Shown here: positions 28,889 to 40,799 of the stretch, piece after piece
Layout: the number at the start of each line of letters is the position of its first letter
How positions within the stretch are numbered: position 1 is the stretch's first letter
Assembly (NCBI GenBank): GCA_020061305.1
Contig: JAGUYM010000014.1
Span: 49,372-113,371 of the forward strand
Length of the DNA stretch: 64,000 bases
Source of the DNA: Candidatus Woesebacteria bacterium
GTDB taxonomy: Bacteria > Patescibacteriota > Microgenomatia > UBA8517
Direction: 5' to 3'
Made by a program: the position numbers and the translations under genes
The notes under the pieces: generated by a model
The model's database searches: none
Told to the model about the DNA's origin: nothing
What the model saw: the letters and a program-made list of their open reading frames with translations, nothing else

Positions 28889-29510
28889 GGTATGGTTCAT
28901 CCTCTTTGAAGTGTTTGTATTCATGTTTGACTGATCTGACAATTACAAAGATTGCCAAAAACAAAAGTCCCCAGGCAAGATATCCTAATTTACTCACAAT
29001 ATTTCTTAATATTTGCCTTTCGAATCCCGCGAAAAAGCCAATCAAAACCATTAGTGCTACCCACGTAATTGAGGCGATGAAAGCGTATAGATTAAATCTT
29101 AAAAAACTATATTTATCCACACCTGCAATGTAACTTACCCAAAATCTAGTTAAATTGGCAAGCATTGACGTGGTAAGAATTGTTGCACCATTGTTTTGAA
29201 GAAGTTTTTTGGCAAACCTAGCTGTTTTTTCCTGTTTTAATTTTCTAACCAACCACATGCCGGTCTTGCTGCCCAATTGGTAAGCAAAAATAAAGGCCAA
29301 CCATGTTCCAAGTGTTCCATAGATAATTGTCGAAATAAGGTTAATTGAGTTGCCGTCATTGGCAAGATATCCAGCAATAACCAGAACAGTTCCACCTGGA
29401 ACGGCCCAGCCGAGTGGAGTGATTTCAAAAAGACTTGCAAAAAAAACAATGGGATAGCCCCAAATATCAAAAACCAGACCAATTTTATCTAGTAGATTTA
29501 ACAAATCCAT
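28872..29510 (-). CDS. DedA family membrane protein
   Basis: E-----G--VPG--VL--AG, F--F-LY--IAS--W. Confidence 0.88.
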   Translation of the reverse strand: MDLLNLLDKIGLVFDIWGYPIVFFASLFEITPLGWAVPGGTVLVIAGYLANDGNSINLISTIIYGTLGTWLAFIFAYQLGSKTGMWLVRKLKQEKTARFAKKLLQNNGATILTTSMLANLTRFWVSYIAGVDKYSFLRFNLYAFIASITWVALMVLIGFFAGFERQILRNIVSKLGYLAWGLLFLAIFVIVRSVKHEYKHFKEDEPYHENHK

Positions 29511-29528
29511 AATTGTTATTATAACTCA

Positions 29529-29732
29529 ATGGCTTGGATTGAGAAAGATTTTGATGGAAGTGATGTTTTAAGAAGGTGGTTTAATCAGCCTCTGTTGTCA
29601 ATCTTTCAGAAGAAGAAACCTCAAAAGGCTAAGAAGATACCAACCGATGTAATAGTAATGGTTGACAATTGGATTGATGAAGGTGAGAAACAGAGACAAG
29701 AAAGAATTAATGAAAATAAAAAAGAGGTTTAG
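29529..29732 (+). CDS. Small hypothetical protein
   Basis: Extended -10 (TGtTATTAT) 6 nt before the ATG; fills the gap between neighbours. Confidence 0.55.
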   Translation: MAWIEKDFDGSDVLRRWFNQPLLSIFQKKKPQKAKKIPTDVIVMVDNWIDEGEKQRQERINENKKEV

Positions 29733-31477
29733 TGTACTACTCCTGTGCCGCGTAGATAAACTGCTTGCCAAGGCCGATAACTTGAAACAAATTTTTGATT
29801 AATTAGTTCTTCTCCGTTTCTTTCGACTTTATAATCAAAAACAACTCTTGCTCCCCAAGCTTTATGTTCAATTTGTTTTACCGTCCCGGTAGGAAGCGTT
29901 GGATCATCAAGATACAGGTCAGGTGGTGGGGCAATTGATGATGTTACAATGGGCCTTGTAATTGTTGCTACTCTTCCATCGTTTGTTCCATATATTTCAA
30001 AAATGAGTGTTGATGCAGATTGGTTATTAATTGGTTGAATCAAAATGTGGCCAGGTGTATTGTTTTTAAATTTAAAATCGGTAGTTGGATAAAAAATTGT
30101 AGCATCAAGACCTGGTGAAAATCCTTGTTCGTAATATCCGACCCTGTATGAGTGAGCTCTTCTTTCGATAATAGGCAAACCAGCATTTAAAACTGCCCTA
30201 AAAAGTGTGGTTGAAACTTGACATACACCTCCTCCATCACCCAGAACAGTTTTCCCATCCTTTATAACATAGGCTGCTTTGTACCCGGTAAGGGCTGAAA
30301 CATCTCCCAGGACAGAATTAAACGAGAAAGTTTCATTGGGCGGAACTAAAATTCCTTTGAATTTATTACTTGCATGGTTTATGTTATATATCCTATTTGG
30401 AATTGACCCTTTATAATATGAGACACCTTTGCCTATTAATTCTCTAATTCCCAGATTGTTAACATCTGAAGTTTTTATTTTAGGGTCAAGTTTTGTAACA
30501 GGGATCTCAACTTGAATTATTTTCTGATCACTTTCAAGCAACGATAACAGTGCGTTAGAAATTGCCAAAACGAGTTTTTCCTGATCGACAACAACACCTG
30601 ATTTAGAAGGCTTAAATTCTACAATTTTTCCTTCTTCAACAATAAAAACCGAATCTTGCGGGGTTCTATTTAGTTTTTTTGAAACTTCCAAAGCTTCTTG
30701 ATTGATTAGTTCAGTTAAAAAGCCATTTGAATAAGGGTCTATGAAATCAACTAGTTTAAAATCTGCTAAATTAAGAAGTTCAAAATCGTTTAAGTTATTG
30801 CTTAATAAAAGTCTAAGTTCAATTTTTTTACCTAAAATTTTTTCCGCTCTAGATTTATAAAAACTTAACTCGTCTGGCTCAAGCTTTGTTTTTCTTTCGA
30901 GGATGTGGAGTTCAATAGGGCTATTGATTTGAAATGACAAGTTTTTACCAATGTTTTCTCTTACTTGCTTTGTATCAATTTCAGTGCCATTTTTTCCCGC
31001 AAAGACATCTAATTTCCCAGAAATTATGGTAACTGATGGTTGTATTGGTTTTTTAGCAATTTTGTTTGACAGTATGTGAAGAGATTCATTAATCTCATTC
31101 TCATTCAAACTGATTGAAAGTCCCAAATTAGTAGGTTTAAAAATCAAATTGAGTTTTGTTACGAAATCTTTAAATAGATCACCTGAGTTAGCATAAAAAT
31201 AAGCTCTCTGAATTGATTTATCAAAATCAATCTTGGTTTCAATTTCTGAAGTTAATATTTCAAAATTTTGGCCGTTTGAAGTAAGAATTATTTTTTGAGG
31301 CAATATTACTTTTTCTTTAAGAGTGCTTAATGCTTGGTCTTTTGTTTTGTCTCCGATATAAATATTTGAAACATAAATATTAGGGTAAATTTTGTTGACA
31401 AAAGGTATATAGATTAGAGCTAAGCAAAAAACGATAAAAAAGAAAATAGTTTTTAATTTCTTAACAAGCTTGATCAT
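29729..31477 (-). CDS. VanW family protein with PG-binding domain
   Basis: FSFN, GGGVCQVSTTLFRA, ERRAHSY, GLDAT, DFKFKN. Confidence 0.92.
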   Translation of the reverse strand: MIKLVKKLKTIFFFIVFCLALIYIPFVNKIYPNIYVSNIYIGDKTKDQALSTLKEKVILPQKIILTSNGQNFEILTSEIETKIDFDKSIQRAYFYANSGDLFKDFVTKLNLIFKPTNLGLSISLNENEINESLHILSNKIAKKPIQPSVTIISGKLDVFAGKNGTEIDTKQVRENIGKNLSFQINSPIELHILERKTKLEPDELSFYKSRAEKILGKKIELRLLLSNNLNDFELLNLADFKLVDFIDPYSNGFLTELINQEALEVSKKLNRTPQDSVFIVEEGKIVEFKPSKSGVVVDQEKLVLAISNALLSLLESDQKIIQVEIPVTKLDPKIKTSDVNNLGIRELIGKGVSYYKGSIPNRIYNINHASNKFKGILVPPNETFSFNSVLGDVSALTGYKAAYVIKDGKTVLGDGGGVCQVSTTLFRAVLNAGLPIIERRAHSYRVGYYEQGFSPGLDATIFYPTTDFKFKNNTPGHILIQPINNQSASTLIFEIYGTNDGRVATITRPIVTSSIAPPPDLYLDDPTLPTGTVKQIEHKAWGARVVFDYKVERNGEELINQKFVSSYRPWQAVYLRGTGVVH

Positions 31478-31501
31478 TAAAAATATGATAACATTATTTG
31501 T

Positions 31502-32836
31502 ATGGAAAATAACTTACCACCGCCCAAAAAAGAGTTTCCAAGGAAGTTGATTTTAATAGCTGGGGGAATTCTATTGCTCATTATTTTACTAATTCTCGCA
31601 TTTACTTTATTTAGGCCAAAAGGTAGTGAACAGGCAGGAGAAATTGTTTGGTGGGGTTTGTGGGAAGACAATAGTGCAATCCAACCCTTGATCGATGAGT
31701 ATCAGGCAAAAAATCCAAAAATTAACATTAAATATGTAAGGCAATCAAAAGAAGACTATAGAGAAAGACTTACAAACTCTTTAGCAAAGGGACAAGGGCC
31801 GGACATTTTTAGATTTCATAATAGCTGGGCTTCGATGTTTACAAAAGAGCTAGATAAAATGCCCGCGAGTGTATATTCGGCCTCAGATTTTGCTCAAAAA
31901 TTTTATCCTGTAATGGTTTCTGACTTGACATATGGTGCTTCAATTGTTGGTTTACCTTTGATGTATGATGGAATTACACTCTACATAAATGAGGAAATAT
32001 TTGAAAAATCTGGTAAAAGCGTTCCATCTACATGGAACGAATTAAGGCAAATTGCAAGGGAACTTACTATTAAAGACGAGAGAAATACCATTACACAGGC
32101 GGGTGTTGCCTTAGGTAGAACTGAGAATGTTGACCACTGGCCTGAAATATTAGGGCTTATGATGCTTCAAAATGGTGTTGATTTGACTAAGCCCACAGGT
32201 AAACTCGCCGAGGATGCTTTAGAGTTTTTTACACTTTTTAGTAAAGATGATGGTGTTTGGGATACGACTTTACCTTCTTCGACTGTTGCTTTCGCTGCAG
32301 GAAAAACAGCAATGTATTTCGGTCCTAGTTGGAGGGCTTTTGAAATAAGGCAGCAAAATCCAAATTTGAAATTCAAGACTGTTCCACTTCCTCAGCTTCC
32401 CAAAACGGAAGCAAATGAAATAGATGTAACATATGCTTCATATTGGGCAGAGGGTGTTTGGACAAGAAGTACCAAAAAAGCTGCCGCCTGGGACTTTTTG
32501 AAGTTTTTGTCACAAAAAGAGTCTTTGGAGAAACTCTACAACAATTCTTCAAAACAAAGGATGTTTGGAGAAATTTATCCAATGACAGATATGGAAAGCT
32601 TATTAAGCACACACCCGATCGCAGGATCTGTTGTAAATCAGGCCAAATACGCCCAAAGTTGGTATTTGCAAAGTAGGACCTGGGATGGGCCAACTGGTAT
32701 AAACACACAAATAAATAAGTATTTTGAAGATGCAATAAATGCAGTAAATCAGGGAAAAACCCCAGATAAAGCATTAGAGCCTGTTGCCGATGGGGTTTCT
32801 CAGGTATTATCACAATATGGAATTCGCATCCGCTAG
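31502..32836 (+). CDS. Extracellular solute-binding protein (sugar ABC type), membrane anchored
   Basis: WWGLWED, GPDIF, P-TW-EL, F--GK-AM, AW-FLKFL. Confidence 0.88.
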   Translation: MENNLPPPKKEFPRKLILIAGGILLLIILLILAFTLFRPKGSEQAGEIVWWGLWEDNSAIQPLIDEYQAKNPKINIKYVRQSKEDYRERLTNSLAKGQGPDIFRFHNSWASMFTKELDKMPASVYSASDFAQKFYPVMVSDLTYGASIVGLPLMYDGITLYINEEIFEKSGKSVPSTWNELRQIARELTIKDERNTITQAGVALGRTENVDHWPEILGLMMLQNGVDLTKPTGKLAEDALEFFTLFSKDDGVWDTTLPSSTVAFAAGKTAMYFGPSWRAFEIRQQNPNLKFKTVPLPQLPKTEANEIDVTYASYWAEGVWTRSTKKAAAWDFLKFLSQKESLEKLYNNSSKQRMFGEIYPMTDMESLLSTHPIAGSVVNQAKYAQSWYLQSRTWDGPTGINTQINKYFEDAINAVNQGKTPDKALEPVADGVSQVLSQYGIRIR

Positions 32837-33590
32837 TGTTTCAGTCAAGTATCATGACATTTTTGGTTATAAATTAACCAAAGAAGAAGCCATTAAATGG
32901 CAATATAAAAATCAAAAAATCACGATAATTGGAATTAAAAATAAGTTAAGACTTCAAAGAGAAAAATATTCACAAAAAAAATTAAAAATTGCAAAAAAGG
33001 CTTCAGAATTAATTTCAAAAATTCCAACAGTTTTATTTGTTGGAATAACAGGATCGTTGGCTATGATGAATGCTGACAAAAACAGTGATATTGATTTAAT
33101 GATAATTACTAAAAAAAACACCCTTTGGGTTACAAGAATAATGGTGTATTTAGTATTACGAATTATGAATTATGAATTAAGGAATCCAAATACAAAAAAG
33201 GAAAAGGATAAATTATGCATGAACCTTTGGTTAGATGAACAGGATTTAATTTGGGATAAAAGAGATAGAAATATTTATACAGCTCATGAAATTGCCCAAA
33301 TTATTCCATTGGTTAATAAAAATAATATTTATGAAAAGTTTTTGTATTTAAATAGGTGGATACTAAACTACTGGCCAAAGGCCGTGAAGATAAGAGGATA
33401 TCTGGAAAAAATGATGAGTCCTGATTCATCATTATTATCTTCATTTCTTCATATCCTCAATATAGTTTGTTTTAAATTGCAGCATCTTTACATGAAACCT
33501 AAAATGACTCGTGAAATAGTTGCTCCCACTCATGCCATCTTCCACCCTAACAATTGGGGAGAGGTTGTTATCAAGAAGTTATCTAAATAG
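32817..33590 (+). CDS. Nucleotidyltransferase-domain protein
   Basis: GITGSLAM-NA---SDIDLMII, K-CMNLWLDE, NIYTAHEI-Q. Confidence 0.8.
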   Translation: MEFASASVSVKYHDIFGYKLTKEEAIKWQYKNQKITIIGIKNKLRLQREKYSQKKLKIAKKASELISKIPTVLFVGITGSLAMMNADKNSDIDLMIITKKNTLWVTRIMVYLVLRIMNYELRNPNTKKEKDKLCMNLWLDEQDLIWDKRDRNIYTAHEIAQIIPLVNKNNIYEKFLYLNRWILNYWPKAVKIRGYLEKMMSPDSSLLSSFLHILNIVCFKLQHLYMKPKMTREIVAPTHAIFHPNNWGEVVIKKLSK

Positions 33591-33649
33591 CACTCGGGGA
33601 TATGTATTGCTAATTTGCCTCTTGACACAAATTTTTCTATGAATAAAAT
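33587..33649 (+). promoter_or_regulatory. Degenerate CIRCE plus sigma70 promoter of groES/groEL
   Basis: aTAGCACTC-N9-tAtTGCTAA at 33587-33613; TTGACA at 33622 and TAAAAT at 33644. Confidence 0.75.
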
Positions 33650-33660
33650 ATTAAAGTAAT

Positions 33661-33954
33661 ATGAGTAAATTAAATTTTAAGCCAACCCCAGGATATTTGC
33701 TTATAGAACCTCTGGAAAAAGAGGTTAAAACATCTTCCGGTATTTATTTACCTGAAACAAGCGGTGAAAAGCCTCAAATGGGTAAAGTTTTAGCAGTTGG
33801 GGGAAAGACCTATGTAGATGGTCATGAAGTAGAATCTCCTGCAGAAGTTGATAACACCGTCATGTATAAAAAATGGGGAGGAAACGAATTTAAATTTGAA
33901 GGAAAAGAATATTTATTTGTTAAATTCGAGGATATTCTTGCAGTGCAAGAATAA
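33661..33954 (+). CDS. groES: Co-chaperonin GroES
   Basis: KTSSGIYLP, EKPQMGKVLAVG, EDILAV. Confidence 0.97.
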   Translation: MSKLNFKPTPGYLLIEPLEKEVKTSSGIYLPETSGEKPQMGKVLAVGGKTYVDGHEVESPAEVDNTVMYKKWGGNEFKFEGKEYLFVKFEDILAVQE

Positions 33955-33972
33955 ATAAAAACTAATAACTGA

Positions 33973-35606
<1,634 letters not shown>

Positions 35607-35607
<1 letters not shown>

Positions 35608-36179
35608 TGTGGCAGGAAGCCGAAAGATTTTTAAGTAAAGACAAACATATTGGACCATTAATTAAAAAATGGGGGCGTTGTACCATCAAAAAAACTCCCA
35701 AACATAAATATTTTGAAAGCCTGGTTGAAACTATTTGTTCACAACAGTTATCAATTAAAGTTGCGAGAACGATTTTTGAGAGAGTAAGAAATTTAGTTGC
35801 CAAACAACTAACACCTGACCAAGTATTAAAGATCAGCGATCAATATCTAAGAGCATGTGGTTTATCTTGGCAAAAAGTTTTGTATATTAAAGATTTGGCC
35901 AGTAAAACTGCAAGTGGCGAGTTACGGGTTACGAGTTTAGACAAAATGAGCGACGAAGAAGTAATATTAGAACTTGTTAAGGTCAAGGGAATTGGAAAGT
36001 GGTCGGCGGAAATGATTTTGATGTTTGACCTTGGAAGAACCGATATTTTACCTAAAGATGATTTAGGTATAAATAAAGCTTTAAAGAGGTTAAAAATAAA
36101 AGAAAAAGACACTGAAAAATGGAGGCCGTATAGAACCATTGCAAGTTGGTATTTGTGGAAATCACTAGAAAATTTCTAA
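35607..36179 (+). CDS. DNA-3-methyladenine glycosylase II (AlkA, HhH-GPD)
   Basis: I-SQQLS, GLS-QK--YI, VKGIGKWSAEM, DLG, WRPYRTIASWYLW. Confidence 0.92.
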
Positions 36180-36182
36180 ATT

Positions 36183-36935
36183 TTACCAAGGTAAAACTGA
36201 CAGAGGATTTATTGGTGCTCCATGATCTCTAATCTCTAAATGTAAGTGGTCTCCGGAAGATCTCCCAGTTGCGCCCATTTCACCCAATTTCATATCAGTT
36301 GTTACATTTTGCCCCTCGGCTACATCAACTTTTGACAAATGTGCATAGAGTGACTCAAGTCCATTTCCATGATTAACAATAACATGGTTTCCGTAACCGA
36401 TCCTTGAATATTCTATTTTTTCAACTATACCATTTTTAATAGGCCTAATTACATCTCCTGTAACACCGTCCAAATCAATACCAGGATGAAAAAATCTGTA
36501 TCCTTGGCTGATAGAAATATTTTCAACAGGAAATTGTGAACCTATGGTTGTATGAATTGGTGTTTCGCTTGAAATACTTGCCATCTCACCATCCTGAACC
36601 AATGTGGTGTCCTTGATATAGTTTTGAGGAATAAAAGATGTACCCAAAATTGCAAGTGCAATATTTGCTCCAAGAAGTTTTTTAGTAGTTTTGTGCTCAA
36701 AAATATGCCTTAAGAATTTATGGTAAATATTTCCAACTCTGTATTTTAGGTTCAAAATTTTAGTTGTAGGTATAAATTTTTGTTCCAAAGGAACTCCTCG
36801 CTTTGTGAGTCTATAATGAATAGACAGGCGATACTTAGGCAGATGTATTACCAGTTTTCTCATATGCCCCTTGCTAAGCAAGGGAATATTAAGTGGACCA
36901 AAAAAAATCTCGAAACACTTTCGAGATGTGGTCAT
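36183..36935 (-). CDS. M23 family metallopeptidase (start uncertain)
   Basis: FHPGIDL, GYGN, SLYAHLS, GATGRSSGDHLHLE. Confidence 0.9.
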   Translation of the reverse strand: MTTSRKCFEIFFGPLNIPLLSKGHMRKLVIHLPKYRLSIHYRLTKRGVPLEQKFIPTTKILNLKYRVGNIYHKFLRHIFEHKTTKKLLGANIALAILGTSFIPQNYIKDTTLVQDGEMASISSETPIHTTIGSQFPVENISISQGYRFFHPGIDLDGVTGDVIRPIKNGIVEKIEYSRIGYGNHVIVNHGNGLESLYAHLSKVDVAEGQNVTTDMKLGEMGATGRSSGDHLHLEIRDHGAPINPLSVLPW

Positions 36936-36988
36936 TATAACACATGAAACATGAAGAAGTCAAATCTATGGGCTAAACTAGGATTTTG

Positions 36989-37060
36989 AGATCCGGGCGG
37001 GAATTGAACCCGCGAATAAGAGTTTTGCAGACTCTCGCCTTACCACTTGGCCACCGGATC
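36989..37060 (-). tRNA. tRNA-Cys(GCA)
   Basis: GATCCGG acceptor stem, D-loop AAGTGGTAA, anticodon arm AGAGT-CTGCAAA-ACTCT, T-arm GCGGG-TTCAATT-CCCGC. CCA not encoded. Confidence 0.96.
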
Positions 37061-37091
37061 AGTAGGCATATTGTAACATATACCTACCTCA

Positions 37092-37466
37092 TTATTTACT
37101 TTTAATTGTAATTTTTCTTGGTCGTGCGGCCTCAGTCTTTGGAATTTCTATTTTTACAACCCCATCTTCAACAACAGCTTCAGCTTTATCCCACTGTCCA
37201 CCTGAGAGAGCAGTTGTGTAGTAGTATTGATATGAAGATGATTTGTATTCGTTCTTATTTTCCGTTTCTGTTTTGACTTCAGCTTTAATAGTTAATACAC
37301 CATCTTCGACCTCAATTTCAACATCTTTTTTGGGGACACCTGCAACCACGGCCTCTACCTTAATTGCCTTATCAGTTTCCCAAATTTTCAATCCTTTTTG
37401 TTGAGACGGCATATCGAAATCGTCAGACAAGAAACTTTTAAATGGATCGAATCTTACTAATTGCAT
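37092..37466 (-). CDS. Hsp20/alpha-crystallin small heat-shock protein
   Basis: LVRFDPF, GV-K-DVEIEVEDGVLTIK, DGV-KIEIPK, PRKITI; SD AAGGAGGTGA. Confidence 0.93.
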   Translation of the reverse strand: MQLVRFDPFKSFLSDDFDMPSQQKGLKIWETDKAIKVEAVVAGVPKKDVEIEVEDGVLTIKAEVKTETENKNEYKSSSYQYYYTTALSGGQWDKAEAVVEDGVVKIEIPKTEAARPRKITIKSK

Positions 37467-37486
37467 AATTTCACCTCCTTTACTTT

Positions 37487-37546
37487 TTATCACTCATACC
37501 ACATGAGTGCTAAGTTTAATATAATAATTCTTTTTATGTTTGTCAA
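37487..37546 (-). promoter_or_regulatory. CIRCE plus sigma70 promoter of hsp20
   Basis: TTAtCACTC-N9-GAGTGCTAA at 37487-37513; TTGACA-17-TATATT on the minus strand. Confidence 0.88.
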
Positions 37547-37575
37547 GACCCTTACTTTTAAGTAAACTAGACTTG

Positions 37576-38403
37576 ATGACAATCAAAAGAAAAATAGGAA
37601 AAGCAATTATATCAATGTTTATTCTTGGTTTAATTGCTTTATTTGTTTTGTATTCACTTGGAATGTTTAAGAACAAACAAGCGGGAATTTTGGTTGATTC
37701 TGATCCGGTCAGCGAAGTATTTATAAATGGGGAACTAAAAGGAAACACGCCATACGAAGGATTTCACAAAGCAGAAGAAATAAGGCTTAAAATAAGACCG
37801 GTTGATAGCAGTTTATCGCTTGACGACTATGAAACAAAGATTGATTTGACACCTGGAGTCAGAACGATTGTTAAAAGAGTTTTTAGACTAAAAGATGAAG
37901 AGTCAAGTCATGTAATGGTTTCGTTTGAGGAAATTAAACCTAACGAAACCTCGGCCGTCGTAATATCTGTTCCAGACGGAGCAGAAGTTAAAATTGATGG
38001 AAGAATTTACGGACAAACCCCATTGAGAGTTAACATAAACCCAGGTGATCATGAGCTTTCTGTCTATTCAAGTGGGTATTTTGAAAAAAAACTTCCAATT
38101 AAAGCATATAAAGGATATAAATTGACTGCCTTTGTCAAACTATCAAAGGATGTGCCGCAAGATAGTTCTATGGAGATGATAGTAAATGAAACACTGCAAA
38201 TAACAATATTTAAGGTAAAAATAAAGGAACGAGAAACATCTGTTAGAAGTGGGGCAAACATTGGATTCCCAGAAATTTCTATTGCCAAAAAAGATGAAAT
38301 TTATGCAGTTGCAGAAGAAGGTGAGAACGGGAAATGGTATAAAATAATTCTCCCCGACGGCAAATACGGCTGGATCGAATCCTCCTCAGCCTCAAGAATT
38401 TAA
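37576..38403 (+). CDS. PEGA-domain protein with C-terminal SH3-like domain
   Basis: S-P-GAEV-IDG---G-TP motif twice, WYKI---DG-YGWI, N-terminal TM. Confidence 0.88.
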   Translation: MTIKRKIGKAIISMFILGLIALFVLYSLGMFKNKQAGILVDSDPVSEVFINGELKGNTPYEGFHKAEEIRLKIRPVDSSLSLDDYETKIDLTPGVRTIVKRVFRLKDEESSHVMVSFEEIKPNETSAVVISVPDGAEVKIDGRIYGQTPLRVNINPGDHELSVYSSGYFEKKLPIKAYKGYKLTAFVKLSKDVPQDSSMEMIVNETLQITIFKVKIKERETSVRSGANIGFPEISIAKKDEIYAVAEEGENGKWYKIILPDGKYGWIESSSASRI

Positions 38404-38415
38404 AAGACACAACAC

Positions 38416-38452
38416 TGTCACAAAGCACTTTTACGTTGTCAAAATAATGTCA
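38416..38452 (+). promoter_or_regulatory. TGTCA direct repeats (OmpR/PhoB-type operator candidate)
   Basis: TGTCA at 38416, 38437 and 38448 (21 and 11 nt apart). Confidence 0.45.
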
Positions 38453-38487
38453 AGATAAATTTCTAATTTAGAATAATAATCATCATT

Positions 38488-38802
38488 ATGAAGATTGAAG
38501 GTATCAAAGAATCGGTATTGGGTGTGTTGACTTCAGAGAGAGGGAATGATGGGGGCCATGACGGTACTCAGGTTGGCAGTGCCGCAATTGAGGGTTCGCT
38601 CATGGGCGATTTTGATCTAAATTACTTAGTAAGAATAGTTGAGAGACTACAAAATGGCGGTAATATTTATCGATTAACCACCAAGCTGGCTAAGAGTTAT
38701 TATCTAAAAGGGGCTGAAGACGCGCTTGAGGTATTGTTGAATCAAGATTCAAGAGTTGGTGCAGCCATAAGAAATGCACTTGATAATCTTGATATTAATT
38801 AA
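38488..38802 (+). CDS. Hypothetical protein
   Basis: ORF fills the gap; its stop overlaps the convergent gene's stop. Confidence 0.6.
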   Translation: MKIEGIKESVLGVLTSERGNDGGHDGTQVGSAAIEGSLMGDFDLNYLVRIVERLQNGGNIYRLTTKLAKSYYLKGAEDALEVLLNQDSRVGAAIRNALDNLDIN

Positions 38803-39830
38803 TTCTTCAACAAGTATCCTTTACTTCTGAGAGTTTGAATGAAGCTTCCCGATACTCCATTTTTTTCTAACTTTTCTCTTAACCTTTGTATAAATTTAGC
38901 AAGGGCAAAAAGGCTGAAATTGTCATCGGTGTTAAAAATAATATCTGATATTTGATCAAATGAAATGATGTTATTTGAGTTTTTAATTAGTAGATACATA
39001 ACTTGTTTTTCTTTAGGTGTTAAATTAAGAATTGGTTTATTGTTCACTTCTGGAGTTAGCCCATTTAAGTTAAAAGGTTTATCAAAGTTTGGAACATTTA
39101 ATTTTTTGTAATATTCATCGCTTAATTTTTGTAAATTACCTACATCTTTTACTCTTGTTCCTTTAATGGTTGGTATATATTTTTCTTTGCTTTCATATTT
39201 TTGCAATACTTTTGCAAGTTTGGTTTGTGTAACTAAAAAATCAGTAATTATTTCACTTTCTTGCCAAACACCGCCAAGTTTTTGATAGATATCGTTTCTG
39301 GTAAGGGAAGTAATAATTGCCTCGATTATTGCATGTATTCCTTGATCATCTCTTAGATAAATATACATATGTCCTTCGCTTGCGGTTAAGCTAAAACTAC
39401 AGTTAGTACCAGTTTTTGTTGGATATATTTTAATTTCTTTTAACAAATTCTTTTTTGAAGGCAAAAGGTCATAAATTGTTGTCAATATTTCTTTTTCTGC
39501 TTTTTCCCAAATTGTTTTTGTGTGTAAATAATTTGGAGTTTCAGGCTTGTAATTAGCTAGTAAATTCTTAAAATCACTTCTCAATTTTGGGTCGATAGTA
39601 AAAGGATCAGTATAAATATCAATTTTTGTAGTCTTACTCCAAAACCTAGAAATAGACTTGTAATTAAGGTCCGGAAATATAACTAAATTAGTACCAAGCG
39701 CCTTGGATGATTTGGGAAGCACGATAAAATTATTGAGTTTGTAAAACCCAACAGAGACTTGATGCGCTGTGTGGAGGATTCTTTCAGTCTCTGTATCCAA
39801 AGAATATTCCCACTTGGTTAAACTCTTCAT
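38799..39830 (-). CDS. Protein with C-terminal OmpR/PhoB-type winged-helix domain and no receiver domain
   Basis: LTPKEKQVM-LL...I-RLREKL...IQTLRSKGY-L. Confidence 0.82.
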   Translation of the reverse strand: MKSLTKWEYSLDTETERILHTAHQVSVGFYKLNNFIVLPKSSKALGTNLVIFPDLNYKSISRFWSKTTKIDIYTDPFTIDPKLRSDFKNLLANYKPETPNYLHTKTIWEKAEKEILTTIYDLLPSKKNLLKEIKIYPTKTGTNCSFSLTASEGHMYIYLRDDQGIHAIIEAIITSLTRNDIYQKLGGVWQESEIITDFLVTQTKLAKVLQKYESKEKYIPTIKGTRVKDVGNLQKLSDEYYKKLNVPNFDKPFNLNGLTPEVNNKPILNLTPKEKQVMYLLIKNSNNIISFDQISDIIFNTDDNFSLFALAKFIQRLREKLEKNGVSGSFIQTLRSKGYLLKN

Positions 39831-39860
39831 ATACCTATAGTATTATACTCTTGGGGTGGT

Positions 39861-40799
39861 TTAAATTCCACTCACCGATACTCCGGAGTAGATGATTAGA
39901 TAGACAAAAATAACCCAGAGGGTGACAGCAATGATTAAGGCCTTGTCTGTCAAAAGCAGCTTTTCTGGAGCTTCTGATTTACCTTCAAAAATTAGTGCTT
40001 CATATCTCATAATGCCAAAAATAACTATTGGTATTGTTGACATCATTAGTTTGTTTATTGTAGTTGCTCTTGATACTTCAGCCAATACCATCCAGAAATC
40101 AAGTGTTGCCTTTGGACTTTCAAAAAAAGTATATAAACTCCAACTCATCCAGGTGGCATTGCCAAACATTGTTACATAACTATTTAGTAGCTCCTTTGAA
40201 TATTTAGTTAAGCTTGTTCTGGTTTTTCCCTCTATTGCCTCAACTAAATTTTTCTCTGCCCTTCTTTTGCCTGCAGCCAAAAACAAGGAAATTGAAACTA
40301 CACAAAGCAAAAACCAAACTGAAAGGTGAGCATCAATTACCAATGCTCCCGCATAAACCCTTAAAATGAAGCCTGTTGCAATAATTAAAATATCAACAAC
40401 ATGTAAATTTTTAAGCCCCAGACTATAAAAAATTTGAACAAAAAGATATAGAAGCACTAGTCCGAAAAATAGATGGTTTACATATTCAGCCAGAGCAAGT
40501 GAAAGCAAAAGAAAAAACAAAAGTTCAGCAAATGCCAGAAGTATAGGAAGCTTACCTGATGCCAGCGGTCTATATCTTTTAGTTGGGTGAAGCATGTCCT
40601 TTTTGACATCCATGAAATCATTAAAAATATAAGTTGCTGATGTAGCAAAAGAAAAAGAAATAAAAGCAAAAAAGACATTTCTAAAAAGATCTTTGTCAAA
40701 TAAATTTCCTGTTAAAAAAATTGCGGCAAAAAGAGCCAGGTTTTTTACCCAATGAATTGGTCTTGCAATACGAACTATTTGGATCGCCGAGTCAACCAT
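39861..40799 (-). CDS. UbiA-family prenyltransferase (decaprenyl-phosphate phosphoribosyltransferase-like)
   Basis: RP-HWVKNL, YIFND--D---D--HP-K--RPLASG, KRRAE. Confidence 0.9.
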   Translation of the reverse strand: MVDSAIQIVRIARPIHWVKNLALFAAIFLTGNLFDKDLFRNVFFAFISFSFATSATYIFNDFMDVKKDMLHPTKRYRPLASGKLPILLAFAELLFFLLLSLALAEYVNHLFFGLVLLYLFVQIFYSLGLKNLHVVDILIIATGFILRVYAGALVIDAHLSVWFLLCVVSISLFLAAGKRRAEKNLVEAIEGKTRTSLTKYSKELLNSYVTMFGNATWMSWSLYTFFESPKATLDFWMVLAEVSRATTINKLMMSTIPIVIFGIMRYEALIFEGKSEAPEKLLLTDKALIIAVTLWVIFVYLIIYSGVSVSGI

